DNA of 64,000 nucleotides from a virus: positions 1 through 64,000 of IMG/VR virus record IMGVR_UViG_3300041956_000313; one strand, given 5' to 3'. Below are positions 35,564 to 44,853 of the stretch, piece after piece; the stretch's first letter is position 1, and every line of letters begins with the position of its first letter. Made by a program: the position numbers and the translations under genes. Below the pieces are notes generated by a model. That model was not told where the DNA came from, did not search any database, and was given only the letters and a program-made list of their open reading frames with translations.

Positions 35564-35875
35564 GTGAAAATGGCTGTGAAGGTCGTCAACTACGGGACGT
35601 TGATGCAGAAGGTCGCTAGCGGTGACGTCTTCGTCGAAGGCTTGCACGAGGGCGATGGTACGACGGGCCGAGTTCGTTATGACGAGCTCCGCATTCGGTG
35701 TGGCAAGCTGGACGAGTTCTTGCCGCTCGTGGCTGAGTGCTGTCTTTGCGGTGAGGTGCTCGTGGTCATTGAAATAGAACGAGACCGCGGCTTTGCTTGG
35801 GCATCGATCAAACACCCTGGAATGTTGCAGTTCAAGCTGACAGGACCGGGCATCGAGGAGGTGCGGCATGTCTGA
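35564..35875 (+). CDS. hypothetical protein
   Basis: ACAGGAG RBS. Confidence 0.55.
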   Translation: MKMAVKVVNYGTLMQKVASGDVFVEGLHEGDGTTGRVRYDELRIRCGKLDEFLPLVAECCLCGEVLVVIEIERDRGFAWASIKHPGMLQFKLTGPGIEEVRHV

Positions 35876-36197
35876 GCAGAATGTGCAGATGGAATCAGGA
35901 CCGGGCGTTGATGTCGAGAGTGACGAAGTGCAGCCCGATTTCTCGAAAGTGAAGTTCTTTGAGGCAACGTACGACGCCCACTTGCCTCCGTACATCGTGC
36001 GTGTGTGGCGCTCGGCACCGTCGTATGACGAGGCAGTAAAAACGGACTTCTCTGACGTCAACGCAATCCTTGAGCAGTGCGTCTTCGGGCATGCGGTGCT
36101 GCTCGCGGAGCTCACGAAGCTGCCCAACGTCACGGCCGTGCAGGTAGTCAGTGACGGCAATAATCTCGGAGTAGTTGCGTACACGGAGTGGCCGTGA
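35868..36197 (+). CDS. hypothetical protein
   Basis: GAGGAGG RBS. Confidence 0.6.
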   Translation: MSEQNVQMESGPGVDVESDEVQPDFSKVKFFEATYDAHLPPYIVRVWRSAPSYDEAVKTDFSDVNAILEQCVFGHAVLLAELTKLPNVTAVQVVSDGNNLGVVAYTEWP

Positions 36198-36376
36198 GCT
36201 CTTTGAAGTTGTTGAAGAGCGGCGCACCGGCTTTGAAAGCCGGTGACATCATCACGATCGCCGGACTAAGTGCTCCGCGCCCACCGTGGTATCGTCCCAT
36301 CAAGTTGTACTGCTGGTGGCGTAATCCGGTCAGGCCGCTGCAAAAGTTTGTTGTGCGTGAAGCGAGGAACGAATGA
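36194..36376 (+). CDS. small protein resembling a fragment of a P22-type coat insertion domain
   Basis: LKAGDIITIAG...LQKFVV; compare LKEGDIITFS..TYVV in this phage's capsid protein. Confidence 0.4.
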   Translation: MSSLKLLKSGAPALKAGDIITIAGLSAPRPPWYRPIKLYCWWRNPVRPLQKFVVREARNE

Positions 36377-36858
36377 ATCCGATAGAAATACCCGGCGCTA
36401 ACTCGTCTCTCACGAAACCCAAGAACTGGGACGAGGCACGTGACGGTGAGTGCGAGACGCTCAAAGTTCTTACCGGCGTCGATGAGGCAGGACGGCAAAT
36501 ACTAGCAAGCGCGTGGCGGCCGACGAAGGACGAGTTAGAGGCGCTGAGTCACGGGCATGCCGTTATGCTGACGATTTACGGCCGGTCGCATCCGCCGGTG
36601 TGGATCGGTGTGACGCCCACTGCTGTCGACGTGCCCGTTGAAAACCTGAAGATCGAGGAGATGCAGAAACAGTACTTTCATGACACTGCGAAGCGCGAGA
36701 TTGAAATTGTGGTGGCGTCACTAGGACTTAGTTGGGAGGTCAAGACTCCGGCTGATGTCGTGAAGCTCATGATTCTGTCGTGGTTGCGCGGTCGTGTGTG
36801 GCAGGAGACGTATAGTGAGCCGCCCACAGCAGAAGCACGCAACGCGGGAGCAACATGA
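36373..36858 (+). CDS. conserved-looking phage hypothetical protein
   Basis: MNPIEIPGAN..LTKPKNWD...SAWRPT..EL..L..G..HPPV. Confidence 0.65.
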   Translation: MNPIEIPGANSSLTKPKNWDEARDGECETLKVLTGVDEAGRQILASAWRPTKDELEALSHGHAVMLTIYGRSHPPVWIGVTPTAVDVPVENLKIEEMQKQYFHDTAKREIEIVVASLGLSWEVKTPADVVKLMILSWLRGRVWQETYSEPPTAEARNAGAT

Positions 36859-37018
36859 ATCTGGTGCCGATGTTGATGCCACGGCCGGTCACGGTGACGC
36901 CGCGACGGATTGAGCGCATCGTGTACGACGACGAACCGTTTACTTACGATGTGTGCGCCGTGTGCGGCTGTGGCTGGCCGGATCTAGATCCGAATCACAA
37001 AGATCCTTGTGAGGACAA

Positions 37019-37828
37019 ATGATTCACTATCACGGTGCCGACATCACGCCACAGGAAGTCGGTAGAGCAGCACTCAAAGGCAAGCACGTGCTGTTCAGTT
37101 TTCTGAGCCCGCGTGACATCAAGCACGTCACTGGACTCTGTCAGTCTTACGTGTTCGATTGCGGCGCCTACAACGCGTTCACGTCGGGCAAGCCGATCAC
37201 GGAGTGGGAGCCGTACTACGATTGGGTCGATGAGTGGCGGCATCATCCGGGCTTCGACTGGGCGGTGATTCCTGATGTCATTGACGGTGACGAGCGCGCG
37301 AACCGCAGGCTGTTAGACGAATGGTGCAAGCGGTTCGACGACGTGAATCGTGCTCCCTGGGCGAAGGCATACTCAATGGGTGTGCCGGTGTGGCATCCGC
37401 ACGAGTCGATGCACTATCTGCGGACGCTCGCAGCGAATTTCCGTACGGTTGCAATCGGTGGCAGCCGGCGCTTCCCACTCGGACGCAAAGCGTGGTGGCA
37501 CCGGATCGATGAAGCGTTTCGCACGCTGAGCCTCGAGGACGGCACGATGACGTGTCGTGTGCATGGCATGCGGATGCTCAACCCGAAATACGTGAGCCGC
37601 TTGCCGATGTCGTCGGCTGACTCGTCGAGTGCCGCTCGCAATGGCAACAACCGCGCACACGGGCGCGGCAGCTTTCATGCACCGACACTCACACGTGTGC
37701 GACAAATCATCGATCGACTAGAGGCGTATAACTCACCGGCACGCTATGTGCCTCAAGTAATCACGCACAACCATCTTTTCAGTGACGCCTATGTCTTACC
37801 CAAACTGCAAAAACGGCCGCGCAAGTAA
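37019..37828 (+). CDS. second TGT-fold transglycosylase-like protein (MIHYHG type)
   Basis: FDCGAY, IPDVIDG, VPVWH, VAIGGS, RVHGMR and SADSSS follow the same motif order as 5470-6573. Confidence 0.65.
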   Translation: MIHYHGADITPQEVGRAALKGKHVLFSFLSPRDIKHVTGLCQSYVFDCGAYNAFTSGKPITEWEPYYDWVDEWRHHPGFDWAVIPDVIDGDERANRRLLDEWCKRFDDVNRAPWAKAYSMGVPVWHPHESMHYLRTLAANFRTVAIGGSRRFPLGRKAWWHRIDEAFRTLSLEDGTMTCRVHGMRMLNPKYVSRLPMSSADSSSAARNGNNRAHGRGSFHAPTLTRVRQIIDRLEAYNSPARYVPQVITHNHLFSDAYVLPKLQKRPRK

Positions 37829-38061
37829 GTGTGGCATGCGTGACCCCGTCGGAGTCTTCGACGTGCAACGTGACGTGCTTCGAGCACTGAGCGGTGAGGA
37901 GATGGGCAGTGCTTTGCGCAAGGCATTGCACACACTTGCTACGGCGTATGCAAAGCGACTCAGCAAGGGTGACAGCTTTGTCGAAGGTTTCAAACATGGT
38001 CATTTGTTCGTCACGTTGCGCACGACGAGCAAATTTTACCCACGCAACAACAGGAGATTGT

Positions 38062-39339
38062 ATGTCCTCCCGCGACTCAACCCCCGTGCTCGCTAAGAAA
38101 GCTTGTCCGTTCTGTTCGTTAGGAACGTCAGCGCTCATCATTCAGAGCTCGAAAGAAATGCTGCCTGTGCCAGATGCTTGCGTTGTTGAGATGTGGGCAG
38201 TTATTTGCAGTGTGCACAAGGGAGGATGCGGCGCTTCAGGTGGGTACTATCTCAGTCCGAATGAAGCTGTGACGAAGTGGAACACACGTGTCGTCAAGTC
38301 GTGCGTGATGGTAGAGGCAGAGGCTGCTGCAATGGATGCGGCTGATGTGCAGCTCACGTCGCATGAGGCGGAGGTGACCCATGTCATAGTTGAGGGCAAG
38401 TTGTTTGTCCCTGCGCCGTTTCACGATGTGCCCACGCCTATGCTTTTGCAGTGTCCGGAGTGCAAGCAGCAACACATTGACGTGCCTGACGACTCGTGCA
38501 AGAACTGCGGCAATACATATCGAACGGCGTCACATCATGTGACAGTAGAGAATAGCGGTGCGTGTTGCGCTCATCCGGAGAAATGGGACAATCCGCCGCA
38601 CAAGACACACCGCTGCAAGTTCTGCGGTCACAAGTGGCGGCCATTTCCGTTTCCGTCTTTCGGCGTCACCGAGGAAGAAATCCGGAAGTTCTGGTCGCAG
38701 CTCAGTGACAAGGACTGGGACGAAGCTCTGTCGATGGCAAACGAGATGGTCAACTCGCCGGAGGCAAAGACCGCGGCGATAGTCGAGCTCGTGCAGTCGT
38801 CGGGTTTCAAGAAGATCGGCTTGCAGATGAATCTGTGGGCACGCTTCTTGCGCGAGCCCGCTGATCAAGTCGATCACATACGCCTTGCCTTCATCGACAC
38901 GAACGGCGCGCAATTCGGTGACAGCATTCCGTGGGACCAGTTCCTCAGCAGTGTCATGCAGCTCTGCGGAGTCGAGGCAGCACGAGCAGATTTGCTGATT
39001 ACTGCTTTCAAGAATGATTACCCGATCACGATCGAGATGGACCCAGGCGACAAGTACAAACTCGAAGCCGTGCCCCTCGCGGACATCGATGCAGAAGCAC
39101 GCGACCCTGTGCACGAGGAGAATGGCAAATGGTATTTTTGGGAAGAGACGTGGGCAGACAGGCAGGGACCGTTCGATACTGAGCTTCAAGCGCGCAACGC
39201 GTGTGAGCAGTATGCGCAAGCACTCGTGGGAGATGCGACACGAGGATGGCTAGAGACTTTGCAGAAGATCACGCGTGATGGATCACGCAGTGCTGGGCAG
39301 ATAGTTCCGATACGCAAGCCCTCTACACCGCAAGATTGA
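38062..39339 (+). CDS. multidomain protein with N-terminal Lar (restriction alleviation)-like Zn finger
   Basis: ACPFC..WAVIC..GCGASG..EAVTKWNTR; further CPEC, CKNC, CKFC. Confidence 0.6.
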   Translation: MSSRDSTPVLAKKACPFCSLGTSALIIQSSKEMLPVPDACVVEMWAVICSVHKGGCGASGGYYLSPNEAVTKWNTRVVKSCVMVEAEAAAMDAADVQLTSHEAEVTHVIVEGKLFVPAPFHDVPTPMLLQCPECKQQHIDVPDDSCKNCGNTYRTASHHVTVENSGACCAHPEKWDNPPHKTHRCKFCGHKWRPFPFPSFGVTEEEIRKFWSQLSDKDWDEALSMANEMVNSPEAKTAAIVELVQSSGFKKIGLQMNLWARFLREPADQVDHIRLAFIDTNGAQFGDSIPWDQFLSSVMQLCGVEAARADLLITAFKNDYPITIEMDPGDKYKLEAVPLADIDAEARDPVHEENGKWYFWEETWADRQGPFDTELQARNACEQYAQALVGDATRGWLETLQKITRDGSRSAGQIVPIRKPSTPQD

Positions 39340-39344
39340 TCGTG

Positions 39345-39622
39345 ATACGGCCGAGGGTAACGTATGCACCTCGGCCGTTCTCTGTGTCACACGGACGGTG
39401 ACACCACCCACACTGAGATAGCCGATTACCAGCGCTCATATTCGCTGGCATGCGCGCTCTGTGTTCTGCTTGCCCGTAGAACAGTCAATAGAACAGTGAT
39501 ATCAAGCACATGCGTCCCGCGCGCCGTGGTAGGTGCACAACATGTGCACGTGTATAATTCTGGTTGCGAACGTCTGCATGTCGCGGACGTTTCTACGGGC
39601 AAACGAAAGAGGGCAAATAGCA
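39345..39622 (+). promoter_or_regulatory. intergenic control region: hairpins, TGCCCGTAGAA boxes, TATAAT
   Basis: two hairpins 39346-39404; box at 39471 (+) and 39591 (-); TATAAT at 39553. Confidence 0.6.
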
Positions 39623-39955
39623 ATGGCTAACAAACGAGCAAAGCGTCTCGCACGATTGACGCCGGCACAGAAGGAGGCACTCGCGAAGGGCAGGCCGCTC
39701 CGCCACGTGAAGCGTCCGGTAGACATCACGACGGTCGGCAAGCAGGTGGGCACTACTTGCCTGCTCCACGGCACGATGATGGGTGTGAAGCAGTGCCCCG
39801 TGTGCAAGTTGCAGAAAGCAGCACCTGAAATGTTTGCTGCACTCGTGGCTGTGCGTGATTGGGCGCAGTACGGTACGCACGGCAAGATGCTGCCTGCTGG
39901 ACTGCGAGACGAAGTTCTTGCGGCGATCAAATCTGCGGAGGCCGAGAAACTATGA
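39623..39955 (+). CDS. hypothetical protein
   Basis: AGAGGGCA leader; C..HG..CPVC. Confidence 0.65.
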   Translation: MANKRAKRLARLTPAQKEALAKGRPLRHVKRPVDITTVGKQVGTTCLLHGTMMGVKQCPVCKLQKAAPEMFAALVAVRDWAQYGTHGKMLPAGLRDEVLAAIKSAEAEKL

Positions 39956-40593
39956 AAACTGAAGACGTGTTGACGATTCTGGCCGCGTTGGGCCATGCGG
40001 AGGAGCACATACTCAACTGGCGTGAGCAGCTTCCCAAAGCAACGGTTGTCGGCAACGACTGGCCTCGCTTGGAGAGAGACTTCAACGCTGCAACGAAACT
40101 TCTGCGCGCCGAGATGATTGCCAATCAACGTCGGGAGGGCAGTCGAAGCATTCGAACTCTCTACAAGAAGATAGACAGGAAGACGGAAAAGAAATTTCTC
40201 AAACTGCCCTTTGATCCGAATCCTTATCGTAGCGCGCAAGCGGCTGACGCTATTTACGTGAAGCTGTGCAAGAAGTACGGCGTCAAGCCGTGGAAGAAGG
40301 GCGAGCCCATGCCGATGCCGGATGATGAGAATGAGATTCCTCTCGGCAATCTCACCGACGTCTTGCTGGGCAGGGACTGCCGGTACGCTTCGGCAATACT
40401 GGGAGAGAAGCGCACGGCTCGCGCTGTGAAGCGTGCTGTGTCTGCCGCGAAGCGTCCCAAGAAGAAATCCGCTGCCGCACTCGTACGCGAGAAGAAGATG
40501 CAGATGCGACGCGACGACAATGCTTTGTCGGATGCGGAGTTTCTGAAGAAGTACGGCCATGAACGCGCCACGCCCGGTCGCACGAGGTACTGA
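39952..40593 (+). CDS. basic hypothetical protein
   Basis: GGAGG RBS, ATGA coupling. Confidence 0.6.
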   Translation: MKTEDVLTILAALGHAEEHILNWREQLPKATVVGNDWPRLERDFNAATKLLRAEMIANQRREGSRSIRTLYKKIDRKTEKKFLKLPFDPNPYRSAQAADAIYVKLCKKYGVKPWKKGEPMPMPDDENEIPLGNLTDVLLGRDCRYASAILGEKRTARAVKRAVSAAKRPKKKSAAALVREKKMQMRRDDNALSDAEFLKKYGHERATPGRTRY

Positions 40594-40594
40594 C

Positions 40595-41671
40595 ATGAAC
40601 GAACAAGGTGAGGGCATCGTCGACGAGCTCATCCGGTACTTGGATACGAACAAGCGCATTTATGTACTGTTCGGTCCCAATGGGAATTCATCCTTCAGAG
40701 AGATGACAGTCGAGCCGCGCGTGGTGCCACAGCTCATTGCGTCGGTGAAGTTCCGGCTGCCGACGAACGGGCGTTTTTATCGAGGCGACGAGTTCTACGC
40801 GCCGAATGATCGAAACAAGTTTCGCATGGATGCAACGGCCACTGAGCTAGACATGCTGCATTACCCTCCTTACACACGGTTCGTGCTTGAGTACGACGTG
40901 CGGGGTGATTACTACCCGCATTGGGAGACTGAGGGTGCAACACCGGAAAAAGTCGTCATCATGTGTGAGCATCTCAAGTCACCCGATGCCGAAGTCAACA
41001 AGACTCTTTCAGGCATCGGCTTCAAGACATTCGAGTACCGTTCGGCTGATGTGTATGTCGATGAGCGAGTCATTCCGAAGGGCTGGGCGACGAACGGCGT
41101 TGCTGCAATCACTGACGACTACGACAATCGTGTGACTTCCCCGCACGACAAGAACGTTTATGCGCTTCCGCTCGGCTTCACGAGTCCGAACAAATGGGAA
41201 CCGCGTGAGGCTGAGCTGAATGCACTCAGCACGATGTGGATGGAAATCGGAGCACTCTTGCAGTTCTGTGTGGCCGTGCATGCAAAGAAAGGCGTCACGC
41301 GCTCCGAGGTGAAGTCGAAGCCGCGGCGTGCGATGACGATCAAGGGCCGCCGTCTCGGCTACACGTATCACGTGCTCGACATCGATCACGAATACGTCGA
41401 GCCAGCTCCGCTCGAAGGCGAGTACATTCCGAAGGGTCATCACGCGTCACCGCGCTTCCACATGCGCCGTGCGCACCTGCGCAGGCTGCCGGATCACACG
41501 CTCGAAAATCCGCATGTGACGTTTGTCCGGCAGTGTGCGGTGGGTAACTTGACGCGTGGTGTCGTGGAGAAAGACTATCGTGTCAAAGAGTTTGAGCCTC
41601 CGCAGATGTGCACGGTTGAAGAGATTCAGGAGATTCATCGAATTGGGCACGAGAAGTTCAAGGAGAAGTGA
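40595..41671 (+). CDS. phage hypothetical protein with C-terminal SPRxHxRRxHxR motif
   Basis: HASPRFHMRRAHLRRL..FVRQC.VG..GVVEKDY. Confidence 0.7.
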   Translation: MNEQGEGIVDELIRYLDTNKRIYVLFGPNGNSSFREMTVEPRVVPQLIASVKFRLPTNGRFYRGDEFYAPNDRNKFRMDATATELDMLHYPPYTRFVLEYDVRGDYYPHWETEGATPEKVVIMCEHLKSPDAEVNKTLSGIGFKTFEYRSADVYVDERVIPKGWATNGVAAITDDYDNRVTSPHDKNVYALPLGFTSPNKWEPREAELNALSTMWMEIGALLQFCVAVHAKKGVTRSEVKSKPRRAMTIKGRRLGYTYHVLDIDHEYVEPAPLEGEYIPKGHHASPRFHMRRAHLRRLPDHTLENPHVTFVRQCAVGNLTRGVVEKDYRVKEFEPPQMCTVEEIQEIHRIGHEKFKEK

Positions 41672-42002
41672 TGTCAAGGTCAGCAGGAGTCGGGCAGCCG
41701 ATTCGGTTTCTTTGTACGAAGTGCCGCAGTCACAGAGCCTGGACGCTACGTCACGGCGGCAGGACGGGAGTCAGAGGCAGCCGCTGGCACATCACCGGCT
41801 GGCGCAGAGAGTCACGAGCTCCGCGCGGCAATGCAGGCGGTCGCAGTGATCCGAGTTACGTATATCAATATCGGTGTGCAACTTGCGGACATGTCGGCTG
41901 GTCGCGGCACATAGAAGTCTCACGGGCATGGCATCACTGGCATGTGAACGTCGCGCACTCAGGCCGTGCCGGTGAGGCGCAGCAGTGCATTATGGAGGGA
42001 CT

Positions 42003-42242
42003 ATGGGTTCTTCACGTAGCAATGAGTGGTGGGAAGAGCGAAACGAGCGGCAGGCAGCGCTCATTGAAGAGCTGTCAGCAAAGCAGCTTTACGAACAGAC
42101 ATCGAGCGCGAAAGACGGCAAGGTAATAGCGATACGCAAAGCGTTCGAGCAGCATCGAGGTTTGTCAGATAAGCAACGTGCAGTGCTCGCCGGATGGCTT
42201 GCCGAACGGGAGATGGAAGATGCGGAGGACGAAGAGAGCTGA
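42003..42242 (+). CDS. hypothetical protein
   Basis: GGAGG RBS; GLSDKQ motif. Confidence 0.55.
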   Translation: MGSSRSNEWWEERNERQAALIEELSAKQLYEQTSSAKDGKVIAIRKAFEQHRGLSDKQRAVLAGWLAEREMEDAEDEES

Positions 42243-42416
42243 TCATTTGGGACGGAACAAAGTGCTGTGGGTTTCGGCGCCCAAGCTACGTCCGCATATT
42301 CGTTTTTCGCATGGCAGGTGGCGAGTCTATAACTGGAACTGGCCGGTCATGGATTCACTCGGCTACGTGAAGAAGGCACAAGAATTCTGTGAACGATTGA
42401 ACGAGGAGAAGGTAGA

Positions 42417-42845
42417 ATGATGAAGCGTGAAGAGTTCAAAGGTCTCGAAGTGTTTGACGCACCCTTTGCGGTCGGCAGTGAGAACCTGATTCACATCACA
42501 GTACCGGAGTTCACATGCTTGTGCCCGAAGACTGGGCAACCGGACTTCGGCAAGATCGAACTGCATTACCTGCCCCGCCGGCATTGTGTCGAGCTGAAAT
42601 CACTGAAGCTCTACATGTGGACGTTCCGTGATAAAGGCGCGTTTCACGAAGCGGTGACGAACGAAATAGCCGACACGATCGGCGTTGCCATCAGCCCTCT
42701 GTGGATGCAGCTAACCGCGCGCTTCTTCGTGCGCGGTGGTATCTACACGACTGTCACGGCGGTGCGCGGCGACTCCGAGTTCAGGGAGAGGCATTTCAAG
42801 ATACTGCCAGACACGTCTCGCGACGGCTCGGAAAACTACGTATGA
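42417..42845 (+). CDS. queF: preQ0 reductase (type I QueF)
   Basis: [15 protein letters not shown] (catalytic Cys/Asp), QueF motif [16 protein letters not shown]. Confidence 0.93.
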   Translation: MMKREEFKGLEVFDAPFAVGSENLIHITVPEFTCLCPKTGQPDFGKIELHYLPRRHCVELKSLKLYMWTFRDKGAFHEAVTNEIADTIGVAISPLWMQLTARFFVRGGIYTTVTAVRGDSEFRERHFKILPDTSRDGSENYV

Positions 42846-43426
42846 AGATCGCCGCCGCTGAACTTCGCATGCAGTACGTGCTGCCCAGCAAACTGCTTGC
42901 GAAGTATGCACTGATGAGGCTGGTGGAGGTGGTGGTGATGCCGGCCGCGTATGGCCTGCCCTGGTGGCAGGCCGAGCAGCACATCATCCTCACATTCATT
43001 CCGAGTGAAGCGAAGCCTCTGCCTGCAGATTCACAGTACGATCAGCGCGAGGACCTGGGCAAGACGTGTAGCTCGTGTGGGCAGTGCTGCACGCGTCTGC
43101 CTGATCATCAGATTGCCATTTACATGACGCGCATGGAACGTGCACGGGCAGAGATGGCAGGCTTTCCGATTTGGGAAGGAGTCTCCGGAGTCATCCGGAT
43201 TGATGATTGCAAGTTTGACGTGCTGCGTACGAAGGAGAACGGAGACTGCCATTTCCTCGGTTCGCAGGGATGCACACTCGGGGACCACAAACCACTTTGG
43301 TGCAAACTGTACTACTGCGAGAAGCACTATGGTGGGCACTATCCATTCGAGACCGTTGTACCACCTCCGGTGCTCCCTTCTGCGAAGCGATCGGAACCGC
43401 AGACGGACGAGACTGGGTCCAGTTGA
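42842..43426 (+). CDS. YkgJ/FliB-like CxxCxxCC cysteine-cluster protein
   Basis: CSSCGQCC...[19 protein letters not shown]. Confidence 0.75.
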   Translation: MKIAAAELRMQYVLPSKLLAKYALMRLVEVVVMPAAYGLPWWQAEQHIILTFIPSEAKPLPADSQYDQREDLGKTCSSCGQCCTRLPDHQIAIYMTRMERARAEMAGFPIWEGVSGVIRIDDCKFDVLRTKENGDCHFLGSQGCTLGDHKPLWCKLYYCEKHYGGHYPFETVVPPPVLPSAKRSEPQTDETGSS

Positions 43427-43460
43427 ACGCGCGGCACTGAGCGCGTTATAAGAGGTCTCT

Positions 43461-43667
43461 ATGCCCGAACCGAAAAACCAGAAACAAGAGCTACTGGACG
43501 CGTTCAATTCTCTTGTGAGTGCAGCGCCTATCGAGTTCTATGCTGATGCAGAGTTTGACGCATGGAACGTAAACATCGCGAGAGTTCGTCAACTGATTGA
43601 AGCCTTGCCTGATCCCAATTGCGACTGCGGTGCGAAGTCTGGTGAACCGCATCAGGTTACGATATGA
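43461..43667 (+). CDS. hypothetical protein
   Basis: GAGGT RBS. Confidence 0.5.
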   Translation: MPEPKNQKQELLDAFNSLVSAAPIEFYADAEFDAWNVNIARVRQLIEALPDPNCDCGAKSGEPHQVTI

Positions 43668-43861
43668 ACAGCCCCGTCATAACAGTTGAGAAGATCACGG
43701 GCGACACGGTAGTCCTTCGTGTTGATCCGTGGTTTGTTCCGGCCACTCGGGAATTGAAAGTGGGTGACAGTCTCAGACTCGACATGCTAGACGCTCCGAC
43801 CCAAAGGAATGTTTCTCTCGCGCGCACGCGTGAAGAGTACAAGCCTGACGCAGCTTGGTGA
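43664..43861 (+). CDS. hypothetical protein
   Basis: ATGA coupling. Confidence 0.5.
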   Translation: MNSPVITVEKITGDTVVLRVDPWFVPATRELKVGDSLRLDMLDAPTQRNVSLARTREEYKPDAAW

Positions 43862-44020
43862 TTGACATTTGCGGCGTGCCTGTGACTGCAGCGCGCCGCA
43901 TGTCCCTGCACTGAACATCTCTGTTCAGTCGCTTAACTTCCACTTGTCATTTCTGATCAGCGCGCTATAAGCGCCCTCGATGTTGGCTTGGGGTTTGCCG
44001 ACGTTTGGGGGTTGAAATTA

Positions 44021-44599
44021 ATGGCAGCACTGAATGGAGCCGCGACTACGCTCGCGATGCTCCGGTTTATCGCGAATCATTCCGGGCAGTACACGCGTGA
44101 CGAGATAGTCAAACACTATCAGCCGCAGATACGCCGCAAGAAAGCGCAGCACACGGTCATGAATCTGCTGACCACGCAGCTCGTTGCGCGTGGTGCAGCC
44201 GACCGTCTCATGCCCACGGCAAAAGGACGGCTGCAGCTTCAACCAAAGAAACGTGATGCACTCACGTCGTTCTCAGTCAAATCAGTAGAGCGCAGAGACA
44301 ACTGGCTAGCCGGTGATCTTGAGGGCAGCGTCTTTACACAGCCAGTGACGACACGTGTGCCGACGTTGCGCGAGCGGCCGCGCAAAGCGCCCATTGATCC
44401 GCTGCGCACGGCTCGAAGACTCTACTTCGAAGCTGACTTGGTCTATGCGCCGCGGCTCAAAGAATACCTCTGCAAAGTTCGCACGCGTTCGTCCGAGTTC
44501 GCACACGGTGAGCGCGTGCTGATGTTTGATTTGCAGCATGCAAAGAATCTTCATGCGTGGCTGGGCCGCGCAATACCTGTCATGGAGTCACGCAAATGA
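44021..44599 (+). CDS. winged-helix-like hypothetical protein
   Basis: MLRFIANHSGQYTRDEIVKH..TVMNL..LV..LMPTAKGR. Confidence 0.5.
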   Translation: MAALNGAATTLAMLRFIANHSGQYTRDEIVKHYQPQIRRKKAQHTVMNLLTTQLVARGAADRLMPTAKGRLQLQPKKRDALTSFSVKSVERRDNWLAGDLEGSVFTQPVTTRVPTLRERPRKAPIDPLRTARRLYFEADLVYAPRLKEYLCKVRTRSSEFAHGERVLMFDLQHAKNLHAWLGRAIPVMESRK

Positions 44600-44853
44600 C
44601 CGATCAACTACCTGTGCCTTCAACGGTTGAAGTGCCTGCAAGCGAGCTGGCAAAGTCACTCGCACAGCTATCTGTGTCAGTGCTGCAGAAAGGTCGTTGT
44701 CAGATGTGCTGGCAGCGTGAAGGGACTCCGCCTGATTGCACGCCCGGTCGGAGGTTCGTCGTCAACTTTGGTGTGCACGGTGGGCTGATTCTCTGTGAGG
44801 AAGCACTCACGAAGCTCGTGCAGTTATCGGACAAGCATCTGGAGGGTCAATGA
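44596..44853 (+). CDS. hypothetical protein
   Basis: GGAG RBS, ATGA coupling. Confidence 0.5.
   Translation: MTDQLPVPSTVEVPASELAKSLAQLSVSVLQKGRCQMCWQREGTPPDCTPGRRFVVNFGVHGGLILCEEALTKLVQLSDKHLEGQ

Noticed and set aside
2599-42126. Several long 3' gene overlaps (2927, 8561, 23277, 35342, 42126) as a sign of an alternative genetic code
   Set aside because: No common codon where the upstream gene would be expected to stop; all three stops end conserved genes normally
43423-43971. Two GCGCG(T/C)TATAAG promoter-like elements and small hairpins
   Set aside because: Only two copies with 16- and 18-bp spacers; plausible ordinary promoters, too weak to call a motif
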